64,000 bases of DNA, taken from the NCBI GenBank assembly GCA_041601615.1, contig JBFIHX010000003.1, forward strand, positions 128,001-192,000, read 5' to 3'. The translations under genes were made by a program, and so were the position numbers. The notes under the pieces were generated by a model. That model worked only from the letters and a program-made list of their open reading frames with translations, was not told where the DNA came from and made no database searches. How positions within the stretch are numbered: the first letter of the stretch is position 1; every line of letters starts with the position of its first letter. Source of the stretch: Thermoplasmatota archaeon. Its GTDB lineage: Archaea; Thermoplasmatota; E2; JACPAO01; JAHFTW01. This document shows positions 38,620 through 48,913 of this stretch, in pieces.

Positions 38620-40377
38620 ATGGACCTTCCCGTTGCACCCCACACCTTCCTCCTCGCAGCACTCCTGCTCATCGTTCCCGTCGCCGTCGCCGAGAGCTAC
38701 ACCGACCCCACAGGCGACGTCCGGGCCCGCGCCTTGAACCAATGGGTGGACGAATCGCCCGGCTGGGACGGCGTCGATCTAACAACGCTCACGCTCACCG
38801 AAAACCCCAGCACCTTCCGATTCCAAGTGGACATGGTCGACCTCTCCACGAACGAAGGAGGCATCAAACACGACGCCTCCACCTACCTCATCACGTTCCA
38901 ACACGGTGGCAAACCCCACGCCGTCAGCATCGTGCGCAACATCCTCGAAGACGCATGGTACGGCAACCTCTACGAAGTCGACCCCGCCACCTCCAACGCA
39001 CGCTGGATTGGCCCCCTCGAAGGCGGTGGCTCCGACCAAGCCGCCATGGGCTGGGTGGAAGCACCACGCCACGCCTTCCTCGACGCCCAAGGAGCCCCAC
39101 CCGTCGCCGGCCACCTCCTCGAAGACCTACTCGTCACGGCCACCGCCCACACAGGAGGCATGGTCTGCTGCTTCAACCTCAACGACCTGAACCAAGGCAG
39201 CCTCATCCAAGCCCAAGACGAACTCACCGCCGGAGCATACACCATCCAATTTGGCGGTCAAGAAGGCAGCGGCGGCGCAAACCTGCGCTCCGTGCATCCA
39301 TTCCGCGCAAGCAACGGCGGCGCTACCACCCTCCAATTCGCCGTCGAAGCCTCGTTTGAAGGCGACCGCGACGGCCAAAACCGGTCCTTCGAGCTTCGCG
39401 CCGAAAACCTGCCCCCCGGCTGGAGCGTCACACTCCCCAAACACCTCACCCTCGCCCCCGGCGGCGTCGCGGACCTCGAAGTGCTCATCGAAGTGCCCTT
39501 CGTGCACCAACACGGCGGCTCCGACACAGTCGACATCGTCATGCAAGCCAACGACGACGGCCCCGAAGCAAGCGCCCGCCTCAGCCTCGGCCTTCACTAC
39601 CTCGACGTGCCCCAACCCAGCGGCCACCACCCGCGCCTCTGGCTGCACAGCATCGAACTAGGCGAATTCTCCGGCTCCGTCAACAGCGCCCTCGGAGGCG
39701 CCGGCGGCCGAATCTACATGAACGCACTCGAAAAAGACACAGGCGACGAAGCCGCAGACGTCCGCATGGCCCAATGGGGTATCGGCGGCACCCAATACCG
39801 CCTCTACGCCTGCCTAGAACCAAGCCTTCTGATGGGCATCGACATGGACATGGACAGCACCGGCCACATCGAACTCCCCGTCCGCAGCGAATTTCCCACC
39901 CAAGGCAGCCTCACCGGGCGCCTCATCCACCTCGCACCCGGACCCGAACTACGCTCCTGCTACCCCGGCAACTGGGGCGACCGCACCGCCACGGACCTCG
40001 CAACATTCGCCAGCAGCGCGGCAAGCATCGGAAGCACGGCCACCCTCCTAGAAGCACCCATCAAACCCCTGCCCGGCGGCGACCGAGTCCCCTACGCCGA
40101 CGGCGCCCAATTGGTGCTCGAACTCATCATCGACGCCGACGACGCCGGCCGCCTCCCCGGCAGCCTCACCGTCACCCCCGGAGGACGCCTCGACCTGCCC
40201 CTCATCGAATACCGCGACAGCCGACCCGCTGGACTCGTCGGCGAACCCGTACAGGCCATCGGCCCCAACGGCACAACTTTGCCCACCGAACCCACCGCAC
40301 GCGAAAGCCCCGGCGCCGGACCCGTCCTGCTCGTGGCCACCATCGCCACCGCCGCAGTGCTTCGTCGCCGCAAGTAG
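38620..40377 (+). CDS. Surface protein, His-motif family copy 1, with ESPG-TM-RRR tail
   Basis: Signal peptide, DPTGDV, RASNG.AT, PFVHQHG, QPSGHH..W.H, LPL.EY.D, ESPG+TM+RRRK. Confidence 0.8.
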   Translation: MDLPVAPHTFLLAALLLIVPVAVAESYTDPTGDVRARALNQWVDESPGWDGVDLTTLTLTENPSTFRFQVDMVDLSTNEGGIKHDASTYLITFQHGGKPHAVSIVRNILEDAWYGNLYEVDPATSNARWIGPLEGGGSDQAAMGWVEAPRHAFLDAQGAPPVAGHLLEDLLVTATAHTGGMVCCFNLNDLNQGSLIQAQDELTAGAYTIQFGGQEGSGGANLRSVHPFRASNGGATTLQFAVEASFEGDRDGQNRSFELRAENLPPGWSVTLPKHLTLAPGGVADLEVLIEVPFVHQHGGSDTVDIVMQANDDGPEASARLSLGLHYLDVPQPSGHHPRLWLHSIELGEFSGSVNSALGGAGGRIYMNALEKDTGDEAADVRMAQWGIGGTQYRLYACLEPSLLMGIDMDMDSTGHIELPVRSEFPTQGSLTGRLIHLAPGPELRSCYPGNWGDRTATDLATFASSAASIGSTATLLEAPIKPLPGGDRVPYADGAQLVLELIIDADDAGRLPGSLTVTPGGRLDLPLIEYRDSRPAGLVGEPVQAIGPNGTTLPTEPTARESPGAGPVLLVATIATAAVLRRRK

Positions 40378-40451
40378 CCACGCACGGCGCCCCAGCGGGA
40401 GCACCGCGCAGCCACCGCAACCCCTATCCCCCCTCATCCCCGCTTCCAGGC

Positions 40452-42179
40452 GTGCTTCGTGCCCCGGCCCTCCTCCTCGCCCTGCTGCTGTTGCCCGCCG
40501 CCGGAGCCGCCCTCCTCGACGACGCGACCGGAGACGTCACCGCCCGCCACTTCGAGCAAGCCTACACCCCCGTGCCCGGCTGGGACGCGATGGACCTCGT
40601 ATCCCTCGACATCGAAGAACTGCCCGACGTGCTGCGCTTCACCGTCCGCGCCGCCGGACTCGAAAGCACCGCCAGCTACGACGCAGGCAACTACTTCGTC
40701 TACGTCGCACGCGGCCAAGCCTACTACACCGTCCGCATGATCCAAGACAACCAAGGCACCGCCGTCGTCTCCGAACTCCTCGTCACCGAAGGCCGCGACG
40801 TATTCGGCACCGTGATCGCCAACCTGGAAACCAGCGTAGACACCGCCACAGGCGCCATCACCACCGACGTGCCCCGCGCCCTACTCATCGACCAAGACGG
40901 CGCCGTCCCCGCACGCGGCGGCACCCTCGACGGCATCGTCGTCAGCGCCGAAGCCCACGCAACCGGCGTCTACACCGGCGGCTTCAGCGGCCTCGAAGGC
41001 GGGCCCCTCATCATCGGAGACCGGATGCCCGACGACTGGAGCAACACCGGCCCAGCACCCGCCAACATCACCTTCCAATACGGCGGCGGCACACAAAACG
41101 GCCCCGTGGACCTCGCCGTCGAACGCCCCTACCGCGCCAGCAACGGCGAAGCGACCATCCTCGTCTACCGCGTCACCGCCACCAACCTCGGCGACACGCC
41201 CCAGACCTTCCTGCTCTCTGCCAACATCCTCCCCGAAGGCTGGGAACTGCGCTTCCCCGGCCAACGCATCCTGCTCGAAGCCGGCCAAGGCACCACCTTC
41301 GACGCCTACCTCCGCGTCCCCTTCCAACACATCCACGGTGCCACCTTTGGCGCCGAAATCAAACTCACCTCCGAAGCCGACCCCGACACATGGGCCCGCA
41401 CCGAAGTCGGCATCCACTACCTCGCCCTTGGACAACCCAGCGGCCACCACTCCGAGGTCTTCCTCCACAGCGCCGCCCGAGCCGGCTTCACCGCCCTCGA
41501 CAGCCTCCTTGGCGGCGGCGACGCAGCCCTCTACTGGAACACCGACGCCAGCGACGACCAAGACCAAGGCCTGCCCATGAGCGGCATCGGCGAAGGCGAC
41601 GCGTACACCTGGAGCGGCTGCCTCACCCCCGGCCTCGCCCTCGGCATCACCCCCAGCACAACACCCGGCCACGCCACCCTCACCCTCGAAAGCCCCGCAC
41701 CCCTCGCCGGAACCTTCACCGGCCGCCTAAGCATCGCGCAAGTCGAACGCGGCGCCTACTGCCATGAAGCCCGCACCTGGACCGGACCCCAAATCGACAT
41801 CGCACGCTTCGAACCCGTCGCCTTCACAATCGACGGCCAAACCCGCCTCCAAGCCATCATCACACCAGTCCTCAACGGCTCCATCGCCTACGAACCCGGC
41901 ATGGACCTCCTCTTGGAACTCGTATTCCAACCCGACCAACCGCTCGCGTACAGCAAAGGACTCACCCTCCTGCCCGGAGGACGCCTCACGCTGCCCCTGC
42001 TCGACCACCACGACCCGGCCCCCATCGTCCTACCCGGCGACAACGGCACCATCGTGGCGGCACCCGAAGTGTTCGTACCCGAACCCACGGCCGAAGTGGA
42101 AAGCCCCGGCATCGGCGCCTCAAGCATCTTCGCCGTACTCGCAGCTGGCTTGATGGCTGTGCACCAACGACGCGCCTAG
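40452..42179 (+). CDS. Surface protein, His-motif family copy 2, with ESPG-TM-RR tail
   Basis: Signal peptide, DATGDV, RASNGEAT, PFQHIHG, QPSGHH..FLH, LPLLDHHD, ESPG+TM+RR. Confidence 0.8.
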   Translation: MLRAPALLLALLLLPAAGAALLDDATGDVTARHFEQAYTPVPGWDAMDLVSLDIEELPDVLRFTVRAAGLESTASYDAGNYFVYVARGQAYYTVRMIQDNQGTAVVSELLVTEGRDVFGTVIANLETSVDTATGAITTDVPRALLIDQDGAVPARGGTLDGIVVSAEAHATGVYTGGFSGLEGGPLIIGDRMPDDWSNTGPAPANITFQYGGGTQNGPVDLAVERPYRASNGEATILVYRVTATNLGDTPQTFLLSANILPEGWELRFPGQRILLEAGQGTTFDAYLRVPFQHIHGATFGAEIKLTSEADPDTWARTEVGIHYLALGQPSGHHSEVFLHSAARAGFTALDSLLGGGDAALYWNTDASDDQDQGLPMSGIGEGDAYTWSGCLTPGLALGITPSTTPGHATLTLESPAPLAGTFTGRLSIAQVERGAYCHEARTWTGPQIDIARFEPVAFTIDGQTRLQAIITPVLNGSIAYEPGMDLLLELVFQPDQPLAYSKGLTLLPGGRLTLPLLDHHDPAPIVLPGDNGTIVAAPEVFVPEPTAEVESPGIGASSIFAVLAAGLMAVHQRRA

Positions 42180-43513
42180 GCTCGAAGGGTCACCACGCGA
42201 AGCTCCCAATCCACCGCATGCGCCTCGGCGCCCTCGCCCGAAATGCGTGTAGCGATGTCCCAGTAACTCGTCACGTGCTCCGGGTCCAGCCACGCGAGCA
42301 CCTGGTCCGGCTCCTCCCACCACTCCGGCTGCACCAGCGCCTCGAACACCGCCGAACCGGGAGCGGATGAAACCAAGGTCGCATCGAAGAAGTACGTCGT
42401 ATGCGCCGGACTGAACCGAACACCCATCCCCGGCACATCCACCGCCGGCGACCACGACACCTCAAACCGCATGAGCGCGGTCCCAGGCCAAACCGGGTCT
42501 CCCATGGACCCAAACGCCGGATAACTGCTGCCAATCCCCGGGTCGTTGTGTCCCTCCTCATCCAAGTACACGCCCCGGAACGAGCCGCTACGCTCCAAAA
42601 CCACTCGCTCCGTCTGCCCGGCCCAAAGCGCGTCGATTGCAGTGGCATTCCAGGCCCGCACAAGCGGCTCCGGCCCAGGCGCCGCCTCGAATCGCGTCAC
42701 AAACGGACTCACATCAAACGCATCCCAATCCGTATGCTCGTAGGGCGCATGGTCATGATGCGGACGGACCCGCAACCACACTGATGGCGGCGCGCCGGAA
42801 GCATTGCCCTCAAACGTCCACGAAGGAGCCGCCGACCGCGTCAACACCTCCGGCACCACATCGCCGCCAAGTGCTTCCCACAACACCCAACCAACTCCAA
42901 CCGGGCTGTCGCCAGAAACGAGCGTCGCCTCCACTGTCCACGAGCCCGCTTGCGCCGGTACTATCAACACCTTCAAGTCCGACTGCGGCCCCGGCGCCTC
43001 GATGCGCGAGCCATCAGGAGCAACCAGCACAAGCTGGGTCACAGCATCGTTCGGGCGCGACCCAAGGAGATTGGTCGCAGCGACAAAATTCGCGTCGTCG
43101 GGCCCGGTTCCATGCAACCGCACAAACACCGAAGTCGCCCCCTCCGGCACCAAAAACGAAGACCTACGCGTCTCGCCCACGCGCCAATCAAACGAATCCC
43201 AATCGCCCCCCGCAAGCAGCAAATCCTCCTCGGCCGAGGCCACTTGCACTGCCAACAATGGAGCCTCCGTGTATGCAGGTTCCACCGTCAACGTCCAATT
43301 GCGATCCGACTGCATCCATGCAGCGTTCCACATTTCCGTCAGGCCGTAGTGGCAATCGCCACAAAATCGCTCAGACACCGACGTACTCGACGCCACATGC
43401 CAAACCTCCGCGGCTTCGGCAGAAACAGGCGGCTCCGGCGCTTCCAGCGACAACAAAGCGGTCACCGCCACGGCGACGAACAGGACGGCCACGCCAATCC
43501 AAAGGGGACGCAC
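42176..43513 (-). CDS. Membrane-anchored exported protein with a single CxxCH motif
   Basis: N-terminal TM, FCGDCHY, PPC-like LVAPDG..AGSWTV segment, HHDH. Confidence 0.7.
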   Translation of the reverse strand: MRPLWIGVAVLFVAVAVTALLSLEAPEPPVSAEAAEVWHVASSTSVSERFCGDCHYGLTEMWNAAWMQSDRNWTLTVEPAYTEAPLLAVQVASAEEDLLLAGGDWDSFDWRVGETRRSSFLVPEGATSVFVRLHGTGPDDANFVAATNLLGSRPNDAVTQLVLVAPDGSRIEAPGPQSDLKVLIVPAQAGSWTVEATLVSGDSPVGVGWVLWEALGGDVVPEVLTRSAAPSWTFEGNASGAPPSVWLRVRPHHDHAPYEHTDWDAFDVSPFVTRFEAAPGPEPLVRAWNATAIDALWAGQTERVVLERSGSFRGVYLDEEGHNDPGIGSSYPAFGSMGDPVWPGTALMRFEVSWSPAVDVPGMGVRFSPAHTTYFFDATLVSSAPGSAVFEALVQPEWWEEPDQVLAWLDPEHVTSYWDIATRISGEGAEAHAVDWELRVVTLRA

Positions 43514-43604
43514 AAAGCGCCAGAGCGGCAAGGGCAGAAGGGGGTTTGGGCCCGCCCGCTCCCAGCGCACGGCACTTTGCGCCTAAGCAAAGAAGCAATT
43601 TCAG

Positions 43605-44039
43605 CTACGCTGAAGTTGCTTCCAGCATCCACGCCATCTGATCATGTGCACGGATGCGCTCCGTGGCAAGATCGGCCGTCGCCGGATCATCCTGGTCCTG
43701 CGCTGTCTTCTCGAGGGTGGCAAAGTGTGTAGAGAGTGCCCGGTGTTCCGCAGCCAACGTCCGCACCGTCACCAACGCATCCGATGGCAAGTCTGCGGGG
43801 CCAGCGCTCAATGCATCCGCCGGCACATCCGTGCCGTAGGAGCGAACCCGTTCTGCAAGCACATCCAAGGCAGCCCAGAGTTCGTTGTACTGCCCCTCAA
43901 ACAGGACATGCAACTGCGGAAAATACGGGCCCTTGACGTTCCAATGTGCCAAGTGCGTACGCTGGTACAAAGTGAACGTCTGGCGCAGCGACTGGGCGAG
44001 GCTGCGGGCTAGGTCGGTGGTCTGGACAGTTTGGCTCAT
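43605..44039 (-). CDS. dps: DNA protection during starvation protein (Dps)
   Basis: H..HWNVKGP.F..LH..FE.QY..D.LAER, D.ATAD, H...WML. Confidence 0.93.
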   Translation of the reverse strand: MSQTVQTTDLARSLAQSLRQTFTLYQRTHLAHWNVKGPYFPQLHVLFEGQYNELWAALDVLAERVRSYGTDVPADALSAGPADLPSDALVTVRTLAAEHRALSTHFATLEKTAQDQDDPATADLATERIRAHDQMAWMLEATSA

Positions 44040-44182
44040 GGATGCTGCTCCTGCCCAAGTTGTTGCAGGCCTTCCTTCATCAAATTGCCCCCCGGCAGAA
44101 GTGGATTGCCCCCGCCACAACACGCTGATTGCCGATGCACCAGGCGACCCAATTACTGCAACAATCGACTATACTTCGCGTG

Positions 44183-44192
44183 TTTCTATAAA
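44183..44192 (+). promoter_or_regulatory. TATA box about 25 nt upstream of ATG 44215 (likely leaderless mRNA)
   Basis: TTTCTATAAA in a GC-rich context at archaeal TATA spacing. Confidence 0.55.
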
Positions 44193-44214
44193 TGACAAAC
44201 CCACTGGTGGTACA

Positions 44215-45651
44215 ATGCGTCCTTGGCTCCTATTGATTGGAATTCTTCTCGCCACACTCCCCGCTGGCTCCGCCGGGCACGCAGGCGGCGACGTTTCGGA
44301 CGTGTACGTCAACGTACTCTCGGTAACCAGGGTGGGTTGCGGCGATGATGGGGGATTCTTCGAAGGCGACCCGGACTACCGCGTGCAAGTGTTCCACAAT
44401 GGCGCCAAAATCTTGGACACGGGAAAGGCACAAGATCGCAAAAGCCCCCTCTTTGCCAACATGGTGCGGATCGCGCACCCAGCTCGGCCCGTGGAATTGA
44501 CCTTCCGTGTCGAAGAAGCCGAACCCAGCGGCATCTTTGGCGGCACCACATGGCGCGACTGCGACGCATCTCCTGAACCTGGAAAAGACCTCAAAATCTC
44601 CTGGAACAACGGCCTCCTTTCCGGGACCTATATTGGCAACGATGCAGACGCCGTCGAGCTGCACATCGCCGTCGGCGAGAACCCGCCCGCCACGCCGGTA
44701 CTTTCCGTCATCGAAAGCTCCTCCACCCCCACAAGCGCCACGCTGGCCTGGGACGCAGACTCCAACGGCCTAGCACTTCAGCACCACCTGCGCTGGGCGC
44801 CCTTTGGCACCGCGTTCCATTCGGCCGGGCCAGGCGCAGGAAGCCACCAACGCACAGGCCTCTGCGACAACGCCCAATACACCGCGCAAGTGGTCCGTGC
44901 AAACGACGATTGGGCCATTGCATCCCCCGATTTGACCTTCACAACTCAAAACCAGCCCCCCGGGGCACCGCTTCCACGCTGGGCCGAACCCCATGAAACC
45001 AACCTCTCCGTGGCTTGGTACAGCCCCACTTGGCATGATGTGCAACTGTACGAACTTCACACGGGCCCGTATGGATTTACGCCGAGTCCGAACACCCTCC
45101 ATGCAAGTGTAGTCGGCGAGGCCCAGACACCATTTGCCAAACACACCTGGGCCGGCGCCGCTCCCGACGCCAGCGACACCCACGTCCTCGTGCGCGCCAT
45201 CGACACGCTTGGTGCCAGCACCGACTCGGCGTACCTAGCCGTGGGAGACACCGTATCCCACGCCAAACCAGCCTCGTACACCTGCCCCGGATCCACCGTT
45301 CCGGGACGATACAACCCTTCCGCCGATCCAAGTGAGCCCACGACGCCCTCGTCGAGTCCGCCGTCCTCGCCGCCGTCGAGTCCGCCGTCCTCGCCGCCGT
45401 CGAGTCCGCCGTCCTCGCCGCCGTCCAGTCCTCCGTCCTCGCCTCCGACATCGCCGCCCGAGACTCCAACTGAGACTCCGCCCAACGAACCGGAGCCCCC
45501 CGCAGTCCCCACTCCTGAACCACCCACCGCCAACCCCCAACAAACCGGCAGCCAAGCAAACGCACCCACCGCCATCATCGCCCTATCCGCCCTCGCAGTC
45601 GGTCTCGTCATTGTGGTCCTCGTCCTCGTAGTCCTCCTAGCAAGACGATAG
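44215..45651 (+). CDS. Surface protein with Fn3-like domains, Pro/Ser stalk and C-terminal TM anchor
   Basis: Signal peptide, TSATLAW..TGL..N..Y, (SSPP)n, hydrophobic tail + RR. Confidence 0.8.
   Translation: MRPWLLLIGILLATLPAGSAGHAGGDVSDVYVNVLSVTRVGCGDDGGFFEGDPDYRVQVFHNGAKILDTGKAQDRKSPLFANMVRIAHPARPVELTFRVEEAEPSGIFGGTTWRDCDASPEPGKDLKISWNNGLLSGTYIGNDADAVELHIAVGENPPATPVLSVIESSSTPTSATLAWDADSNGLALQHHLRWAPFGTAFHSAGPGAGSHQRTGLCDNAQYTAQVVRANDDWAIASPDLTFTTQNQPPGAPLPRWAEPHETNLSVAWYSPTWHDVQLYELHTGPYGFTPSPNTLHASVVGEAQTPFAKHTWAGAAPDASDTHVLVRAIDTLGASTDSAYLAVGDTVSHAKPASYTCPGSTVPGRYNPSADPSEPTTPSSSPPSSPPSSPPSSPPSSPPSSPPSSPPSSPPTSPPETPTETPPNEPEPPAVPTPEPPTANPQQTGSQANAPTAIIALSALAVGLVIVVLVLVVLLARR
45351..45447 (+). 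repeat. 12/24-bp coding tandem repeat encoding (SSPP)n
   Basis: GTCGAGTCCGCCGTCCTCGCCGCC repeated about four times. Confidence 0.9.
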
Positions 45652-45713
45652 GGCCCGCCTCGCCCCCGGCGAAGCCTTGATACCGCCAGCCGCCTCGGCG
45701 AAGCCGAATCCCC

Positions 45714-47981
45714 ATGACCGTCCGAATCGAATCCAGCCCCGAGTTCGTGCGCGAGACCTACCGCAAGATGGGCGAACGCCTCGCCGTCGTGCGCCAACGC
45801 CTCGGCCGCCCCATGACCCTCGCCGAGAAAGTGCTCTACGGACACCTAGACAATCCCGCCGACGCTGACCTCACACGCGGCACCGCGTACCTCCAACTGC
45901 GCCCCGACCGCATCACCATGCAGGACGCCACCGCCCAAATGGCGATGCTCCAGTTCCTCACCACCGGCAAACCGACCACCGCCGTCCCCACCACCGTCCA
46001 CGCGGACCACCTCATCGCCGCGAAGGAAGGCGCCGTGGCCGACATGGTCGCAGCCAACACCACCAACGCCGAAGTCTACGAATTCCTACGCACCGCCTGC
46101 GCCAAGACTGGCAGCGGCTTCTGGAAACCGGGTGCTGGGATCATCCACCAAGTTGCACTTGAGCAGTACGCCTTCCCCGGCCAGATGCTCATCGGCACCG
46201 ACAGCCACACCCCCAACGGCGGCGGCCTTTGTCAATGGGCCAGCGGCGTCGGCGGCGCAGACGCAGTCGATGTCATGGCAGGCTTCCCCTGGGAAGTCTT
46301 GCACCCCAAAATCATCGGCGTCAAGCTCACCGGCAAGATGTCCGGCTGGACCGCGCCCAAGGACGTCATCCTCAAGCTGTGCGGCATCCTGACGGTCAAG
46401 GGTGGCACCAACGCGGTCATCGAATTCTTCGGCGAAGGCTGCGAATCAATCTCGGCCACCGGAAAGTGCACCATCACCAACATGGGCGCCGAGCATGGAG
46501 CCACCACCTCAGTGTTCCCGCACGATGAACGCATGAACATCTACCTGCGCAGCACCGCCCGCGCCGAATTGGCCGACCTCGCGGACGAACACCACGACAT
46601 GCTCGTGGCCGACCCCGAGGTGCTCGCCAACCCCGAGCAATTCTACGACCAAGTCATCCACATCGACCTCACGACCCTGGAGCCCCACCTCGTTGGGCCC
46701 CACACGCCGGACCTGGCCCGCCCCGTCAGCGCCATGCGCGAAGCAGTGGAGAAGGAAGGCTACCCCGACCACGTCAGCGCCTCGCTCATCGGCTCCTGCA
46801 CCAACAGCAGCTACGAAGACATGGTGCGCACCGTCTCTGTTGCCGAACAAGCAATGGCCCACGGCGTCAAGGCCCAAACGCCCCTCCTGATTACGCCCGG
46901 CTCCGAACAAGTCCACTTGACGATCCAACGCGACGGCATCATGGACCGCCTTAACGCCGCCGGCGCCACGGTGCTTGCCAACGCCTGCGGCCCCTGCATC
47001 GGCCAATGGAACCGCCCCGCCGCAGACAACGCTGAGACCAACACCATCGTCACCAGCTACAACCGAAACTTCCCGAAGCGCAACGACGGCTCCGCCAAGA
47101 CCATGGCCTTCATCGGCAGCCCCGAAATCGTCATGGCCTACGCCCTCTCCGGCAGCCTCAGCTTCAACCCCCTGACCGACGACATCACCGTCGACGGCAA
47201 GACCTTCCGCCTCGAAGCCCCCGCGCCCGCCCCCGAAGTGCCCGAAGGCGGCTTCGTGCCCGACCCCAACGGCTACCTCGCCCCGCCCGCGAGTGCCGCC
47301 GGCGTCGAAGTGGTCGTCGCCCCCACCAGCGACCGCCTGCAACTCTTGGAACCGTTCCCGGCCCGCGAAGCCTCGCAACTTCAGGGCATGCCTCTCCTGC
47401 TCAAGGCCAAGGGCAAGTGCACAACGGACCACATCAGCCAAGCCGGCCCGTGGCTCAAATTCCGCGGCCACCTGGACAACATCAGCGACAACTGCTACAT
47501 CGGCGCAAACTCGGCGTTCCACGACACCGTAGGCGGCCGCGTCGACGAGAGCGACAACGAAGTCAAAATGTACCCCGCCATCGGCCGCCGCTACAAAGCC
47601 GAGGGCATCACCTGGGCCGTCGTCGGCGACGAAAACTTCGGCGAAGGCAGCAGCCGCGAACACGCCGCCATGGAACCCCGGCACCTGGGCTGCGGCATGA
47701 TCCTGGTGCGCAGCTTTGCCCGCATCCACGAAACCAACCTCAAGAAACAAGGCATCCTGCCGTTGACCTTCGTGGACCCCGCCGACTACGAAAAGATCCG
47801 CGAATGGGACCAACTCAGCGTCGTGGACGTGGCCGACCTCGCCCCCGGCAAGAACGTCACCGTCCGCCTCACGCACGAAGACGGCACGACCGAAGAGTTC
47901 GCAGCCAAGCACACCATGAACGCGGAACAAGTCAAGTGGTTCTGGGCCGGAAGCGCGCTCAATTTGCTGCGCGGCAGTTGA
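45714..47981 (+). CDS. acn: Aconitate hydratase (mitochondrial-like class)
   Basis: QDATAQMA, DH, GIIHQ, GTDSHT, LIGSCTNSSYED, NACGPCIGQW, SYNRNF, CTTDHIS, GEGSSREHAA. Confidence 0.96.
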   Translation: MTVRIESSPEFVRETYRKMGERLAVVRQRLGRPMTLAEKVLYGHLDNPADADLTRGTAYLQLRPDRITMQDATAQMAMLQFLTTGKPTTAVPTTVHADHLIAAKEGAVADMVAANTTNAEVYEFLRTACAKTGSGFWKPGAGIIHQVALEQYAFPGQMLIGTDSHTPNGGGLCQWASGVGGADAVDVMAGFPWEVLHPKIIGVKLTGKMSGWTAPKDVILKLCGILTVKGGTNAVIEFFGEGCESISATGKCTITNMGAEHGATTSVFPHDERMNIYLRSTARAELADLADEHHDMLVADPEVLANPEQFYDQVIHIDLTTLEPHLVGPHTPDLARPVSAMREAVEKEGYPDHVSASLIGSCTNSSYEDMVRTVSVAEQAMAHGVKAQTPLLITPGSEQVHLTIQRDGIMDRLNAAGATVLANACGPCIGQWNRPAADNAETNTIVTSYNRNFPKRNDGSAKTMAFIGSPEIVMAYALSGSLSFNPLTDDITVDGKTFRLEAPAPAPEVPEGGFVPDPNGYLAPPASAAGVEVVVAPTSDRLQLLEPFPAREASQLQGMPLLLKAKGKCTTDHISQAGPWLKFRGHLDNISDNCYIGANSAFHDTVGGRVDESDNEVKMYPAIGRRYKAEGITWAVVGDENFGEGSSREHAAMEPRHLGCGMILVRSFARIHETNLKKQGILPLTFVDPADYEKIREWDQLSVVDVADLAPGKNVTVRLTHEDGTTEEFAAKHTMNAEQVKWFWAGSALNLLRGS

Positions 47982-48133
47982 TTCGACGGGCCCATTGCTG
48001 GATCGCCCCCAATGCAGCCTGAAGCGCATGGATCCTCCATCGCAGCGGCGGTAGCAAGCGGAAGAAAACCGCCTCCGCCAGTTTTCCACTCGCCCCGAAT
48101 CAACGTAAACTAGTGACCGGGATTCTCCCCGTC

Positions 48134-48346
48134 ATGGTCTCACGTACGTTTGCCATAGCCCTTCTCCTAACCGCCCTCATGGCCGCCCCCGCCGCAAGCG
48201 CCGCAGCAACAGACACGGTGGAAGTCGACGAACGATGGTGCGGCGGACGCATCGATTGGGGCTGCGCACACTGGTCGGCGCCGGGCACCTGCATCCTGTA
48301 CTTGGACCTCCAAGGCACCGGAAACGGCAGCTGCGTCATCTACTGA
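48134..48346 (+). CDS. Small secreted 4-Cys peptide
   Basis: Signal peptide ending ASA; mature WCGG..WGC..TC..SCVIY. Confidence 0.65.
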   Translation: MVSRTFAIALLLTALMAAPAASAAATDTVEVDERWCGGRIDWGCAHWSAPGTCILYLDLQGTGNGSCVIY

Positions 48347-48446
48347 CCCTAGATCTGCACAGATGGGCCCTCCCGCCGAACCATCCATCGGCGGTCGCTT
48401 CCTCGACCAACGCACCCTCTTTACCCCCTGCTTTCTTGCACTCAGA

Positions 48447-48848
48447 ATGACCGACGTCTTCGTCAACCTCTCCACCAAAGACCTACCCGCAGCCACTGCG
48501 TTCTACGAAGGCCTCGGGCTGAAATTCAACCCCGCATTCAGCAACGACGACGCGGCGAGCTTCATCATCGACCAAGGACGCTACCTGCACCTCCTGACCC
48601 ACTCCTTCTTCTCGCAATTCACCCGCCGCCCCATTGCCGACGGATCCTCGGTCGAATGCACCCTCGCGCTCGGTGCCGCTGACCGCGCCGCCGTGGACGC
48701 CATGGCCGAAAAAGTGCTGAAGCTCGGCGGTGGCGAAGAAAACCCACCCCAGGATCACGGCTTCATGTACGGGCGGACCATGCGCGACCTGGACGGACAC
48801 ATCATCGAGTTCTTCTGGATGGATCCAAGCCAAATGCCCGGTGCCTGA
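48447..48848 (+). CDS. VOC/glyoxalase family protein
   Basis: FVNL..KDL.A..AFY..LG, DHGFMYGR...DLDGH..E.FWM. Confidence 0.9.
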   Translation: MTDVFVNLSTKDLPAATAFYEGLGLKFNPAFSNDDAASFIIDQGRYLHLLTHSFFSQFTRRPIADGSSVECTLALGAADRAAVDAMAEKVLKLGGGEENPPQDHGFMYGRTMRDLDGHIIEFFWMDPSQMPGA

Positions 48849-48913
48849 GTCAACCTGGAAACCATTGCGTTCGTCCCCAACAAACTCCAAATGCCCCAGG
48901 CAGATGCTCACCC

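Noticed and set aside
39774-40451. N-terminal extension of the 801-aa ORF suggesting overlap or frameshift fusion
   Set aside because: Low-complexity alternate frame of the upstream gene; the paralog starts at GTG 40452 with its own signal peptide
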